NCBI GenBank assembly: GCA_937910235.1
Contig: CALENB010000254.1
Location: forward strand, 9,690-73,689
DNA: 64,000 nt
DNA from: an uncultured Myxococcales bacterium
Lineage (GTDB): Bacteria; Myxococcota_A; UBA9042
Reading direction: 5' to 3'
Part shown: positions 25,249-34,656 of the stretch, piece by piece
Layout of the letters: each line of letters begins with the position of its first letter
Numbering within the stretch: position 1 is the first letter of the stretch
The notes under the pieces: model-generated
The model's input: the letters and a program-made list of their open reading frames with translations, nothing else
What the model was told of the DNA's origin: nothing
Databases searched by the model: none
Program-made: the position numbers and the translations under genes

Positions 25249-26415
25249 ATGCATGGTCGTCTCCTCATTCTTCAGCACGCGAACCAAGCGCAGCTCTCAG
25301 CGTGGGCCCGCAACCTGGGCGCGGGCTGGGCGTCCGTCAGCGCGCCCGGGGTGATGCTGCTCAGCCGCGGCGCGCCGCTACGCGAGAGCGTCGACGGCCG
25401 CGCAGTCGGCGCGCGCACCGGCGTGCTCTATAACCTCGAGCCGCAGCGCGTCGCGCTCGCGGCGCGCGGGGTGCCAACCGATACGCTCGATGGCGACGGC
25501 GTCTGCGTCGCGGCGGTTGGCGCCGGAGGCCCGAGCGCGCTGGGCGCGCTGGCGCGCCACGGGCTGCTGGCTGTGCTGCATCGCGGCCAAGGCGGTGTAT
25601 TGGTCGCCGCCGACGCCCAGGGCATCGCGCCGCTGTACGTGCTGCAGCCGGCCGAGGGCGGCTGGATAATCGGCAGCGACCGAGCCGGACTCGCCGCCGC
25701 CGCGCAGGTCGCGCTGCCGCGTCGCGATGCGCGCTGGCAGGACGCCAGTGGCCCGCAGACCGGGATCTCCGGGCTCTGGCGCGCGCCAGCGAGCGTCGCG
25801 GTCATGGTCGGGGCGAGCGGGATTACGGCGATGCCATGGCAGGCCAGCGGCGACGCGGCGCCCTTCCTCCGTCATCGCCCGGCCCAGTTGACGGGGGGCA
25901 GCCCAGCTCAGATTCAGGCTGCGATCGCGGCAACCCTGGCCTCGGCCGCCGCGTCATGGCGTCTGGATCGTGGCGCGCTGGCGGCGCCAATCGGCCCTGA
26001 ATTGATGTGCGCAGGGATCGACCCCGGCGATCCACCGCCAGCGACGCCCTGGCCGTGTCTGGCGCAAGCGGCGCTCAGCGCCGAGTTTGTCGGGTACACG
26101 GCCGTGGCAACGTGCCCGCCCGTGTCTGCGGCGCAGCTAGTCGACGCGTACGACGCGGCGCACGCAGGCAGCCCGTTCCGCGTCGTCCCCCTCCCTGAGC
26201 CCGAGGCGCGGCTACCCGAGGCGCGACGCCGAGCCCGCTGGCTGCGCTACACGTGGTGGCGCTGTGCGGTCATCGAAGCGGCGTTGGACGCAGCGGCAGC
26301 CACAGACACCGCGATCGCGCTGCCCCACCTGGCGCCAGCGGTTGTCGCCGCCCTCGGCGCCCTCTCGGAGCGCGCGCAGCCCTGGCCGACCCTGACCCCT
26401 GCCACCGGCAGCTAG
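25249..26415 (+). CDS. asparagine-synthetase-like (Ntn amidotransferase fold) protein lacking the Cys nucleophile
   Basis: It begins MHGRLLIL, where AsnB has MCG. ..GVLYNLEPQRVALAARG.. and ..VLVAADAQGIAPLYVLQPAEGGWIIGSDRAGL.. parallel AsnB ..GEIYNHQALRAEYG.. and ..YLIGRDHLGIIPLYMGYDEHGQLYVASEMKAL... The SGGxDS motif is degenerate (CAGIDPG). Confidence 0.45.
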   Translation: MHGRLLILQHANQAQLSAWARNLGAGWASVSAPGVMLLSRGAPLRESVDGRAVGARTGVLYNLEPQRVALAARGVPTDTLDGDGVCVAAVGAGGPSALGALARHGLLAVLHRGQGGVLVAADAQGIAPLYVLQPAEGGWIIGSDRAGLAAAAQVALPRRDARWQDASGPQTGISGLWRAPASVAVMVGASGITAMPWQASGDAAPFLRHRPAQLTGGSPAQIQAAIAATLASAAASWRLDRGALAAPIGPELMCAGIDPGDPPPATPWPCLAQAALSAEFVGYTAVATCPPVSAAQLVDAYDAAHAGSPFRVVPLPEPEARLPEARRRARWLRYTWWRCAVIEAALDAAAATDTAIALPHLAPAVVAALGALSERAQPWPTLTPATGS

Positions 26416-28181
26416 GGCTGCGACAACACTGTGGCTGGATCGAGGCGCGTGGCGCGGCGCGCTGGGATGATCGAGCCGATCACGCAAAATCCGATCGCCA
26501 CACCCAGCGCGGCTGGGAGCAACCACGGCGGAAAATCGAAGAACTGATCGGGCACGAGCGGCATGCCCCGCAGCGCGTCAGCAGCGAACCGCTCCACGCC
26601 GCGGGCACCGGCCCAAGCCAGGATGATCCCCAGCAATCCGCCGCCCAACCCAAAGACTGCGCCTTCGAGCACGACGATCAACGCCACGTCGAGCGTCGTC
26701 GCGCCCAGCGCCCGCAACACGGCGAGCTCGCGGCGGCGCTCGTGCACCAACATGGCCAGCGTGTGCGTGATGTTCGCCGCCGCAACACCCAGGACCACAA
26801 AGCTGAGCAGCACGAGCGCCAGGTAGATCAGAAACACGACGGTGCCAAACGTACGCGCGACGCGGGACCGACGACTGAGCGAGAAACCCATCGACTCAAC
26901 CGCGCGGATGACCCCGGCGACGTCTTCATTCGAGCGGACCTGCACCAGCACGGCGTCAAAGGAGGCGGCGGCGTCCTGGCCGCGGATTCGCGCGTTGTTG
27001 TGCTGCACAAACGCCAGCGGCAACGCGACGCCTAGCTCCGGCGCTTTGGGCGAGAAGCCGACAACCACGGCCTGCTTGACCTGTTGGCGCGCGCGCGCGG
27101 CGTCTTGGGTGAAGTGCGAGTCGCCAACGGCGATGTGATAGCGCACGCCGTAGAGAATCTCCGGCGACGCGACACGCGCGAGGTTGAGCGACGCGGCCAT
27201 GTCGCTGTTGAACACCTCGAGCAGCAGCGGGTTCACGACGGTAGGCAGCGGCCACTCGCACGTCCCCTCGCGACTGTCGGGATCATCGGCGGCGCAGTAG
27301 AGGCGGCTGGGGCAGGGACGCTCGGTTGGGCACTGGCCGGCGATGCAGCTTGGGCCTTTGCCGGCCGTGGTGATTTTGCCGCGCGCCAGCGCCGGATCGA
27401 GGCTGCGCTGATCGGCGGCGGCGGCGAGTCGACAGCGAATCGGCTCACAGGTGGCGCGTCCGTCGTGGCTGGCGCAGCGCTGATGTTCAGGGCACGCCCC
27501 GTGGTCGCCCTGGTCAAGCTGACACGACCGCAGCGTGGACGCGGCGGCGCAGCGGCCACGAACGCACGTGAGTCCGGCCGCGCATTCGGTGTCGGTGCCG
27601 CAGCGCAGATGGAGGGTCGCAGCGTCGAAGCGCTGCGCCCACGCCACGTCTTCGCAGCCGCCGTCAAGACAGCGCGCTCCGGCTGGGCAGTCCTCTTCGA
27701 CGTCACAGCGTTCCGCCGAACGCCGGCCGCGCGCGACGGCACTCGCGGCGACACGCTCGGTCTGGGCCAGCTCACCGCGCAGCAGCTCTGCTGGCAATCC
27801 GTCAAAAAACGCCTCCGTGTGCAAGTCGTAGCCGAGCAGCTGCCGACCGCCCCACAACTTCGCGGGAAAGGCAGACTTCTGTTTGCCCAGGGCACGAACA
27901 ACCCCGGGGATCTGGGCGACACGCGCGACTCGCGCCTCGCTGAGCCCGGGCTGTCCTGGCGTGCCCTCGACCCCAAAGATCCGGACAGCGCGCGGTTCGA
28001 TCTCAAGCTGATCGGCCGGAAAGATCTTGTTGAGGACGCGTGCGCGCACGCCCTCGCCGAGGCCGACGAAGAAGCAGAGGAACGCGACACCGACCGACAC
28101 ACCGACGATCGCAAACGCTGCGCTCACACGGCTGGCGCGGAGGTGGACACCTACGAGCCCGAGAAGACGGCCCGCTTTCAT
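26412..28181 (-). CDS. ABC transporter permease, FtsX/MacB-LolCE type, with a Cys-rich periplasmic insertion
   Basis: N-terminal TM ..AAFAIVGVSVGVAFLCFFVGL... C-terminal FtsX domain ..VHERRRELAVLRALGATTLDV..IIPARRATRLDPATVL... The periplasmic loop carries 18 Cys. Confidence 0.8.
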   Translation of the reverse strand: MKAGRLLGLVGVHLRASRVSAAFAIVGVSVGVAFLCFFVGLGEGVRARVLNKIFPADQLEIEPRAVRIFGVEGTPGQPGLSEARVARVAQIPGVVRALGKQKSAFPAKLWGGRQLLGYDLHTEAFFDGLPAELLRGELAQTERVAASAVARGRRSAERCDVEEDCPAGARCLDGGCEDVAWAQRFDAATLHLRCGTDTECAAGLTCVRGRCAAASTLRSCQLDQGDHGACPEHQRCASHDGRATCEPIRCRLAAAADQRSLDPALARGKITTAGKGPSCIAGQCPTERPCPSRLYCAADDPDSREGTCEWPLPTVVNPLLLEVFNSDMAASLNLARVASPEILYGVRYHIAVGDSHFTQDAARARQQVKQAVVVGFSPKAPELGVALPLAFVQHNNARIRGQDAAASFDAVLVQVRSNEDVAGVIRAVESMGFSLSRRSRVARTFGTVVFLIYLALVLLSFVVLGVAAANITHTLAMLVHERRRELAVLRALGATTLDVALIVVLEGAVFGLGGGLLGIILAWAGARGVERFAADALRGMPLVPDQFFDFPPWLLPAALGVAIGFCVIGSIIPARRATRLDPATVLSQP

Positions 28182-28879
28182 GCTGACCTCCGCACATCGC
28201 TGGTGAGACGGCCATGCTCAAGGGTCACGACGCGGCCGCAGCGATCGCGCACGACGTCATCGTGAGTCACGAGCATCAAGGTTGTGCCGTGTTCCTGTCG
28301 CAGGTCATCAAAAAGCGCCAGGACTTCGGCGGCTGTCGCCAGATCCAACGCGCCCGTCGGCTCGTCGCACAGCAGCAGCTTTGGTTGGAGGAGCAACGCC
28401 CTCGCGATCGCGACGCGCTGGCGTTGGCCTCCCGAGAGGGTGAGCGGGCGCTTATCCCAGACGTCAGGCAACCCCACACGCTCAAGCAGGGCGCGACCGC
28501 GACCGATCGCGTCTGCAGTGGGCAGATTGGCGGCGAAGTGAGCCGGCATGATGACGTTGGCGCCCACCGTCAGGTCGGGTAGCAGATTGAACGCCTGAAA
28601 GACGAACCCGATGTGACCGTTTCGAAACCGCGACAGCGCGCGATCGCCGAGCGCACGTAGCTCGCGACCGTCGATCTTGAGCGACCCCTCGTAGCCCCGA
28701 TCCAGCGCGCCAAGAAGCTGCAAAAACGTTGTTTTTCCGGCGCCGCTGCGGCCGACAATCGCGACCATCTCGCCCGCCTCGACCTGCAGATCCAGGTCCG
28801 ACAGGGCGACGACCGCACCCTCCTTCGTCGCAAAGCGGCGCGTCAGCCCCTTCGCGTCGACCACCAACGCTATGCTCAT
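28178..28879 (-). CDS. ABC transporter ATP-binding protein (LolD/MacB-type)
   Basis: Walker A ..GRSGAGKTT.., signature ..LSGGQRQRVAIARAL.., Walker B ..LLLCDEPTGALD... The start at 28879 overlaps the upstream stop (ATGA) and the stop overlaps the permease start (ATGA). Confidence 0.9.
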   Translation of the reverse strand: MSIALVVDAKGLTRRFATKEGAVVALSDLDLQVEAGEMVAIVGRSGAGKTTFLQLLGALDRGYEGSLKIDGRELRALGDRALSRFRNGHIGFVFQAFNLLPDLTVGANVIMPAHFAANLPTADAIGRGRALLERVGLPDVWDKRPLTLSGGQRQRVAIARALLLQPKLLLCDEPTGALDLATAAEVLALFDDLRQEHGTTLMLVTHDDVVRDRCGRVVTLEHGRLTSDVRRSA

Positions 28880-30540
28880 GGTTTCGCCTCTGCACGCGGC
28901 CGCAGCTCCACGGCTGCCCCCACCCCGTCGGCGTCCAGCTGAACCGCCATCGTGACGGCGGCGACCCCTCGCACCATTCGCACGAAGGCGTCGGGCACAC
29001 CTCGTCGCCGCGCCGCCCTGACGATGCGTCCAGTCGTGCTGCCAAGCCCAACCCATCCGATTGCATCGGCGGCCATCGCTTTTTCCATGGATGTGACGGC
29101 CACTTTGCCAAGCGACGGGAAGCGACCGCGGGCCACACGCTCAAATCGCGCCCGCTCGCCGCGGCCAGCGATCAGCAGCAGCGCGTTGCCACGCCGCAGC
29201 AGAGCCACCTCAGTTCCGAGCATTGCACCGGACCAACCCTGCCAGCGCCCGAGGGTCAACGGTGTCAGCTGCTCTCCCGCTCCTGACAACGCCGCGCGCA
29301 CTGCGCCGCTGAGGGCGACCGCGTCTGCCTCCTTCCCCAGCGTTCCGGCGACGAAACCGCTCAGAACGCGCTGTAGCCCGGTGCGGATCCAGGACCGCGG
29401 GTCGAGGGAGGCCTTGTCGTCGATGCCCAACACGCCCGCGGCGAGTCTGCCCTCGAGACGATCGATGAACAGAGCGCGCGCGTCCACCTGCGCGAGGGCG
29501 GGGTGGAGCGCTGCGAGCAAGGTGGCCGGCAACAAGCGATTGCGCAGAAAACTCGGGATCATATCGAGTTGCCGCGGGTTGATGTGGACACGAGCCCACA
29601 GCGCGATCTCGTCGGGCAGCACGTCACCCAGATCGAGCGCGACGCTGTCCTTGGCCAAGAAGCCGTCGTGGTAGCGTGCGATGTCGGTGTTCGCCTTCGG
29701 CGTGGATAGCAGCCGAAATGCGAGCCGCACGGCTCGGCCACGCAGCCGCAGGTCGGCCCGAAGCCCTTGAATTCCGTCGATGAGCCCACCAAATAGCAGG
29801 GAGGCCAGCCCCAACCCACGCCGCAGCAGGGGCCGAAGCGCGTCGTTCTTGCCCAGTCGCGCGTTGAGGTGCACACCGCCGTCTCCGGCCAGGGGCAGCC
29901 CTTTCTCGGCGGCCTCCAGCTCAGCGAGCAGCGCGCTGCGGGCCAAGACCGGCGCCGCGACGGCCTTGCCGGTCGCCACTGGCGGCCTCGATTCGCCGCC
30001 CAACGCCGCCGCCCAGGTCGCCGGTAGCGCCGCGCGAACCAGCAGGGTGCTGCCCCGCAGCCAAACCAGCGCCGCGGGCGATGTAGCGTTCGGGCGTCGG
30101 ATGAGCCACGTCCCCGGCGCGGGTTCCTCCAGGAGGTCGAATCCGCGCTGACCGAGCCACGTGCGCACGTGCGGGATGCCGCGGCTCGGATGCAGCGCCA
30201 CGCATGCCCAAGCCGCGCCGTGCCAGACGAACGCCACCGCGCCCGAGGACACGACTAAGCCCGCCTGGTCAAACGCTGCGGGCGTTGGTCGCTCCACGCC
30301 GAGCGACAGCGCCAGCGCCTCCGGGATCCCTGCCGCACCCTCGAGTCGGGTCCCCAGTTCATCCAGATCGGCCAGCAGCGCGCCGAGGTCGTCGAGCCAC
30401 ATCACCGCGACCGCGTCACGCGGCGTCCACGCGGCGAGGTCGACGGCGCCGCCACGTGACGTTCGGTGACGAGCCAAGAAAATACAGGCTACCATGATCA
30501 GCCCCACACCGATCCCGACCATCCAGGCGCGTTTCTGCAT
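28876..30540 (-). CDS. membrane-anchored hypothetical protein, first gene of the ABC operon
   Basis: N-terminal anchor MQKRAWMVGIGVGLIMVACIFLA. 554 aa with no recognisable motif. Translationally coupled to the ATPase gene. Confidence 0.6.
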   Translation of the reverse strand: MQKRAWMVGIGVGLIMVACIFLARHRTSRGGAVDLAAWTPRDAVAVMWLDDLGALLADLDELGTRLEGAAGIPEALALSLGVERPTPAAFDQAGLVVSSGAVAFVWHGAAWACVALHPSRGIPHVRTWLGQRGFDLLEEPAPGTWLIRRPNATSPAALVWLRGSTLLVRAALPATWAAALGGESRPPVATGKAVAAPVLARSALLAELEAAEKGLPLAGDGGVHLNARLGKNDALRPLLRRGLGLASLLFGGLIDGIQGLRADLRLRGRAVRLAFRLLSTPKANTDIARYHDGFLAKDSVALDLGDVLPDEIALWARVHINPRQLDMIPSFLRNRLLPATLLAALHPALAQVDARALFIDRLEGRLAAGVLGIDDKASLDPRSWIRTGLQRVLSGFVAGTLGKEADAVALSGAVRAALSGAGEQLTPLTLGRWQGWSGAMLGTEVALLRRGNALLLIAGRGERARFERVARGRFPSLGKVAVTSMEKAMAADAIGWVGLGSTTGRIVRAARRRGVPDAFVRMVRGVAAVTMAVQLDADGVGAAVELRPRAEAKP

Positions 30541-30606
30541 CGACTAGCCCTCGCGCTGCGTCCAAATGGCGGTCGCTGACGACAGGGAAAAGTGACCGTT
30601 CTACCC

Positions 30607-31596
30607 CTACGGGCGCCACTTCTCGCCACGCCGTCGCGGTTCTTCACTCTTGAGGCTGGCCCGCACTTGACGCTGTCCGGCTTCGTCCGTCTGCACCTTC
30701 GAACCGCCGATATGTGCGTTACGCCGCCGCGGATCAGGTGGCAACTGGAAGCGGCCGACGTGGCCACGTTCGGCCAGCTGGGCGACCTCATCGTCCGTGA
30801 GCTGGCGCCACTCGCCGGGCTTGAGCTGGCCAGCCGTGATACCGGCGAACCGTGACCGGCGCAGCCGCATGACCGGGTGGCCGACGCGCTCCATCAGGCG
30901 GCGAACTTCTCGGTTGCGTCCCTCAGTCAACGTCAGGCGAACCCAGGCGTTTTTGTCGGTTCGTTTCATGATCTCGACCGACTCAACCTGAGCGGGGCCG
31001 TCCTCCAACTCCACCCCGCGCACCAGCCGATTGAGCGTCGCCTCGTCCGGAATGCCACGAACCCGCACTTCATAGGTTCGCTGCACGCCAAAGCGCGGGT
31101 GAGTTAGCCGCAGCGACAGGTCGCCGTCGTTGGTGAAGAGCAGCACACCCTCAGTGTTGAAGTCGAGCCGGCCCACTGTGCGCAAAGCCAGCTCCTTCGG
31201 CACGAGATGGTGCACGAGCGGCCGATGCTCAGGGTCGCTCTCCGAGCACAGCGTCCCGACGGGCTTGTTCAGCACCAGCACGATCTGTGTGGGCGGAGGC
31301 TTGATGCGCTCGTCGTCAAAACGCACGTCATCCACGGAGAGATCAACGCGCGTGCCCATCGTGTCGACGACAACGCCGTTCACCGTCACCCGACCCTCCG
31401 CGATCAGCTGCTCGGCGCCGCGTCGCGAGGCCACGCCACACCGCGACAACACCTTCTGCAGTCGCTCGCCGCTCTGCGGCTCCGTCTCCGCTGCCGACCC
31501 AGATTTCCGGCCTTTCGGCGCCTTCTGGGCGCCTGGTTTGGACGTAGGTTTCCGCGACTTCGATGCCCGCTGGCCAGATCCGCCTATCTTCACCAT
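30607..31596 (-). CDS. rluB: 23S rRNA pseudouridine synthase, RluB/RsuA family
   Basis: S4 domain ..RLQKVLSRCGVASRRGAEQLIAEGRVTVNG... Catalytic ..GRLDFNTEGVLLFTNDGDL... ATG at 31596 with GGAGG upstream. Basic N- and C-terminal tails. Confidence 0.85.
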   Translation of the reverse strand: MVKIGGSGQRASKSRKPTSKPGAQKAPKGRKSGSAAETEPQSGERLQKVLSRCGVASRRGAEQLIAEGRVTVNGVVVDTMGTRVDLSVDDVRFDDERIKPPPTQIVLVLNKPVGTLCSESDPEHRPLVHHLVPKELALRTVGRLDFNTEGVLLFTNDGDLSLRLTHPRFGVQRTYEVRVRGIPDEATLNRLVRGVELEDGPAQVESVEIMKRTDKNAWVRLTLTEGRNREVRRLMERVGHPVMRLRRSRFAGITAGQLKPGEWRQLTDDEVAQLAERGHVGRFQLPPDPRRRNAHIGGSKVQTDEAGQRQVRASLKSEEPRRRGEKWRP

Positions 31597-31677
31597 GGCT
31601 GCCTCCGCGGATTCACCGCTGGCGCGTGCTACCACACCACGCGCCACTTCGCACGACACTGATTTGACCGAGGCCGA

Positions 31678-33315
31678 TTAGGAGCCAGCGACGCCCTCAT
31701 CGCGCTCCACCCCAACCCGCAGCCCAGCGCGACGGCGCCATTCAACTAGCAGCAACAGCCCCGCCACAAGCGCCGCCAGCGCGCGCGCCGGCCACGGACC
31801 CCAGACGCGAAACGGCGAGCCAACGTCCCGCAGCTGCACGCGCACCACACGCGTCGCCGTCTGCCACACTGGCGTCCGCGCAGTCACCCGGCCGCCAGCG
31901 TCCACCATCGCCGAAATGCCCGTCGCAGTGGCCCGCAGCAGTGGCCGGCGCAGCTCCACCGCGCGTGGGATCTGGACCATGAGGTGCAGCTCCGGTGCAT
32001 TTGTCGGACCAAACCAGACGTCGTCCGTGAGGTTCAGCAGCACGTCACTGTCTCGGGTCTGGCGCCACATGAACCCCGAGAACAAGGCCTCATAGCAGAT
32101 GCTCATCCCGAGCCTGACGCCGCGCACCTCCAGCACGCTCGTGCCCTGGCCAGCGCCGAGATCGCTCACACCGGGGACGAGATCCTTGAGCGTTGGCATC
32201 AGGTCTCGCCCAGGCAGGTACTCGCCGAAAGGCACGAGCAGGTGTTTGTCGTAGGCCTGCGTGCTTGTGCCGTCAATCACCACCGCCGCGTTCGTCGGAC
32301 GCGCCTTCCATTGCCGGTCCGACATGCGCAGCGTGCCCACGATCAGCGGTCGACCGAGCTTCGCCGCGAAGGCGTGCAGATCCGCGGTGACCCGACGCAG
32401 CACCGGCGGCGCCCGGCCCGGCTTGTCCACCTCCAACGGCACATAGAAGAAGGGCAGCGCGCCTTCGGGCCAAATCACAAGATCTAGGTCATCGAGCGGC
32501 AGCTGCGTCGTCAGCGCAATCGCGCGGGAGAACATGGGCAGGCGCGGCCCCGGCTTCAAGCTCGTCTTCTCCTTCATGCTCGGATTGTGCTGCACCAGAC
32601 CAACGGCCAGCGTTCGGTTGACAGGGACGGCCTCAACCATCCACAGACGCAGGGCGCCATATCCCGTCCAGCAGCCCAACAACGCGACCAGGAAGAGCCC
32701 TCGGCGCCAACTCTTGGCGCGCAGGGCGTCGACGACCACGGCCGAGCACGCTGCGGCGAGCGCGCTGACGCCCACAACTCCGACAACGTCGGCCGCTTGG
32801 AGCAGCACCGGCGCCGGATAGACCGCGTTGCCGAGGTACCAAGGGAACTGCCAGGGCACGATGACCTCCGCCGCAAGCAGCGTCACGCCGACCCACGCCG
32901 GCCACCAGACCCGCGACTGCCACTGCCGCGTCGCCACGACCGCCGCCGCAAACACAGCCTGATGAAGCCCCATCGCCGCGGCGTGTAGCAAAACCACCAA
33001 CCAGCCCACGACGGTCGGCAGCCCGCTCATCTCCCGAATCGTGAAGCTCAGCCAGTAAAACGACAGCCCGTGCAGCACCGTGCCTGCGACCCAGCCGAGC
33101 ACGAACCCCTGCCGCGCACGCGCGATGCCGGCCACCGCCCACAGCAGCGGGACATAGGCCACAAGCGCCAACCACCACCAGCCAAGACTCGGATACGACG
33201 CAGCCAGCAGCAAACCGGTGAGGCCAGCCAGCGCCAAGCGACGCGTCGACGGTTCGCGGACACTGGCCTTGCCCGGCGTCCCGGTTCGCATCACGCTTGC
33301 CTTTCCCATCATCAC
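31678..33315 (-). CDS. lnt: apolipoprotein N-acyltransferase
   Basis: Multi-TM N-terminal half plus a CN-hydrolase domain ..LVIWPEGALP.., ..KHLLVPFGEYLP.., ..LGMSICYEALF... Confidence 0.9.
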   Translation of the reverse strand: MMMGKASVMRTGTPGKASVREPSTRRLALAGLTGLLLAASYPSLGWWWLALVAYVPLLWAVAGIARARQGFVLGWVAGTVLHGLSFYWLSFTIREMSGLPTVVGWLVVLLHAAAMGLHQAVFAAAVVATRQWQSRVWWPAWVGVTLLAAEVIVPWQFPWYLGNAVYPAPVLLQAADVVGVVGVSALAAACSAVVVDALRAKSWRRGLFLVALLGCWTGYGALRLWMVEAVPVNRTLAVGLVQHNPSMKEKTSLKPGPRLPMFSRAIALTTQLPLDDLDLVIWPEGALPFFYVPLEVDKPGRAPPVLRRVTADLHAFAAKLGRPLIVGTLRMSDRQWKARPTNAAVVIDGTSTQAYDKHLLVPFGEYLPGRDLMPTLKDLVPGVSDLGAGQGTSVLEVRGVRLGMSICYEALFSGFMWRQTRDSDVLLNLTDDVWFGPTNAPELHLMVQIPRAVELRRPLLRATATGISAMVDAGGRVTARTPVWQTATRVVRVQLRDVGSPFRVWGPWPARALAALVAGLLLLVEWRRRAGLRVGVERDEGVAGS

Positions 33316-33370
33316 CCTCTTGCAGCCGCGCCCTGTAGCCCCACGCCCCGCGGCGCTGTAGGATCGCGCC

Positions 33371-34033
33371 GTGCGCAGCGTCTACCTTTTCAGTCATGCC
33401 CCGAGCGAATCTCCCATCCGGGACGCGCTAGAGTATGGGTCCTGTCACGTCGAGACGCACGCGCTCGTCGAAGGCCGCTTCGTTTGCCCGATCACGGCCC
33501 CCCCTCACCTGGCGATCCTCGAGCCCCCGCCGAGCGTCCCGATCGCGCCGCTGCTCAGCGCGATGCGGCGGCACCCCGTCGTGGGCCGCGTGCCAAGCCT
33601 AGTCGTGCTGGACACACGCTGGCTGTCTATGGCGTCGCGCATGCCCTGCACAGACTTCATCCTCCGCGACGCACCACCCGCTGAGATCGTGGCGCGTGTC
33701 TCGCGCCTCGTCGGAGACGACGTGGACACGAGGCAACAGCCGGTCACGTTCGGCAGCCTGCAAGTCGACCTGGAGGGCTTTGAGGCGCGCATCGACGGCG
33801 TGATCTTGCGCCTCACGCCGCAGGAATTCGCCTTGTTGCGCCACTTCGTCACCCATCCGGGACGTGCGTGGAGCCGCGACGTCCTGCTCGCCCGCGTCTG
33901 GGGACACCGCTACAACGGGGGCACCCGCACCGTCGACATCCACGTTCGAAGGCTGCGCGTCAAGCTCGCCGCGCCACATGCTGGCCAGCTCCAGACCGTC
34001 CGCGGCTTTGGCTACAAGTGGATGACCACCTGA
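33371..34033 (+). CDS. OmpR/PhoB-type winged-helix regulator with a degenerate (pseudo-)receiver domain
   Basis: The C-terminus ..RLTPQEFALLRHFVTHPGRAWSRDVLLARVWGHRYNGGTRTVDIHVRRLRVKL..VRGFGYKW is a canonical Trans_reg_C domain. The N-terminal 110 aa lack the acidic pocket and have Glu at the expected phospho-Asp position. Confidence 0.75.
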   Translation: MRSVYLFSHAPSESPIRDALEYGSCHVETHALVEGRFVCPITAPPHLAILEPPPSVPIAPLLSAMRRHPVVGRVPSLVVLDTRWLSMASRMPCTDFILRDAPPAEIVARVSRLVGDDVDTRQQPVTFGSLQVDLEGFEARIDGVILRLTPQEFALLRHFVTHPGRAWSRDVLLARVWGHRYNGGTRTVDIHVRRLRVKLAAPHAGQLQTVRGFGYKWMTT

Positions 34034-34085
34034 CCGCTGCGGACCCTTGCGCCCCCCGCCGCTACGCCCCGCGTCGCCCCAAACG

Positions 34086-34127
34086 CAGAAAACCACGGAG
34101 CCCGATGCGCTGCACCGGGCCCCGTGG
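34086..34127 (-). terminator. rho-independent terminator of the alpha operon (after rplQ)
   Basis: On the minus strand: CCACGGGGCCC-(13-nt loop)-GGGCTCCGTGG, with one mismatch, followed by TTTTCTGCGTTT. Confidence 0.6.
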
Positions 34128-34213
34128 CTCTCGTATCTTCTGCAGAACCGGACGCTGAGTCAGACGACGCGGCGGCCCACGGGCCCGCAACCTGTCAGGC
34201 ACACAGCTCCGAC

Positions 34214-34567
34214 TCAGCCGACGAATTCAATGATCATCATTGGCGCACGGTCACCCGAACGCGGACCAAGCTTCATCCGACGCGTGTAGCCACCTGGACG
34301 CGTCGAGAAACGCGGCGCGAGCTCGGTGAACAGTTTATGAACCAGGCCGCGGTCACGCAGCTTGTTGAACGCCAATCGACGGTTATGAACCGAGTCAGCT
34401 TTGGCAAGCGTGACTAGCGGCTCAACCCAGCTGCGGAGCTCTTTGGCCTTGGCTTCCGTCGTCGTAATGCGCTCGTGCTCGATGAGCGACTTGCACAAGT
34501 TCAACATCATCGACTTGCGATGGGCTGTGTCGCGGCCCAGCTTACGGCCAGACTTAAGGTGTCGCAT
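34214..34567 (-). CDS. rplQ: 50S ribosomal protein L17
   Basis: [36 protein letters not shown].. Confidence 0.95.
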   Translation of the reverse strand: MRHLKSGRKLGRDTAHRKSMMLNLCKSLIEHERITTTEAKAKELRSWVEPLVTLAKADSVHNRRLAFNKLRDRGLVHKLFTELAPRFSTRPGGYTRRMKLGPRSGDRAPMMIIEFVG

Positions 34568-34656
34568 CTCTCGTACTCCAGATACTCAGGGGGACTGATC
34601 CCCGCGCCAGCCTCGGTGACCCGAGCGCCGGCCTAGTTTGCCAGGGAAGCCGTCGC

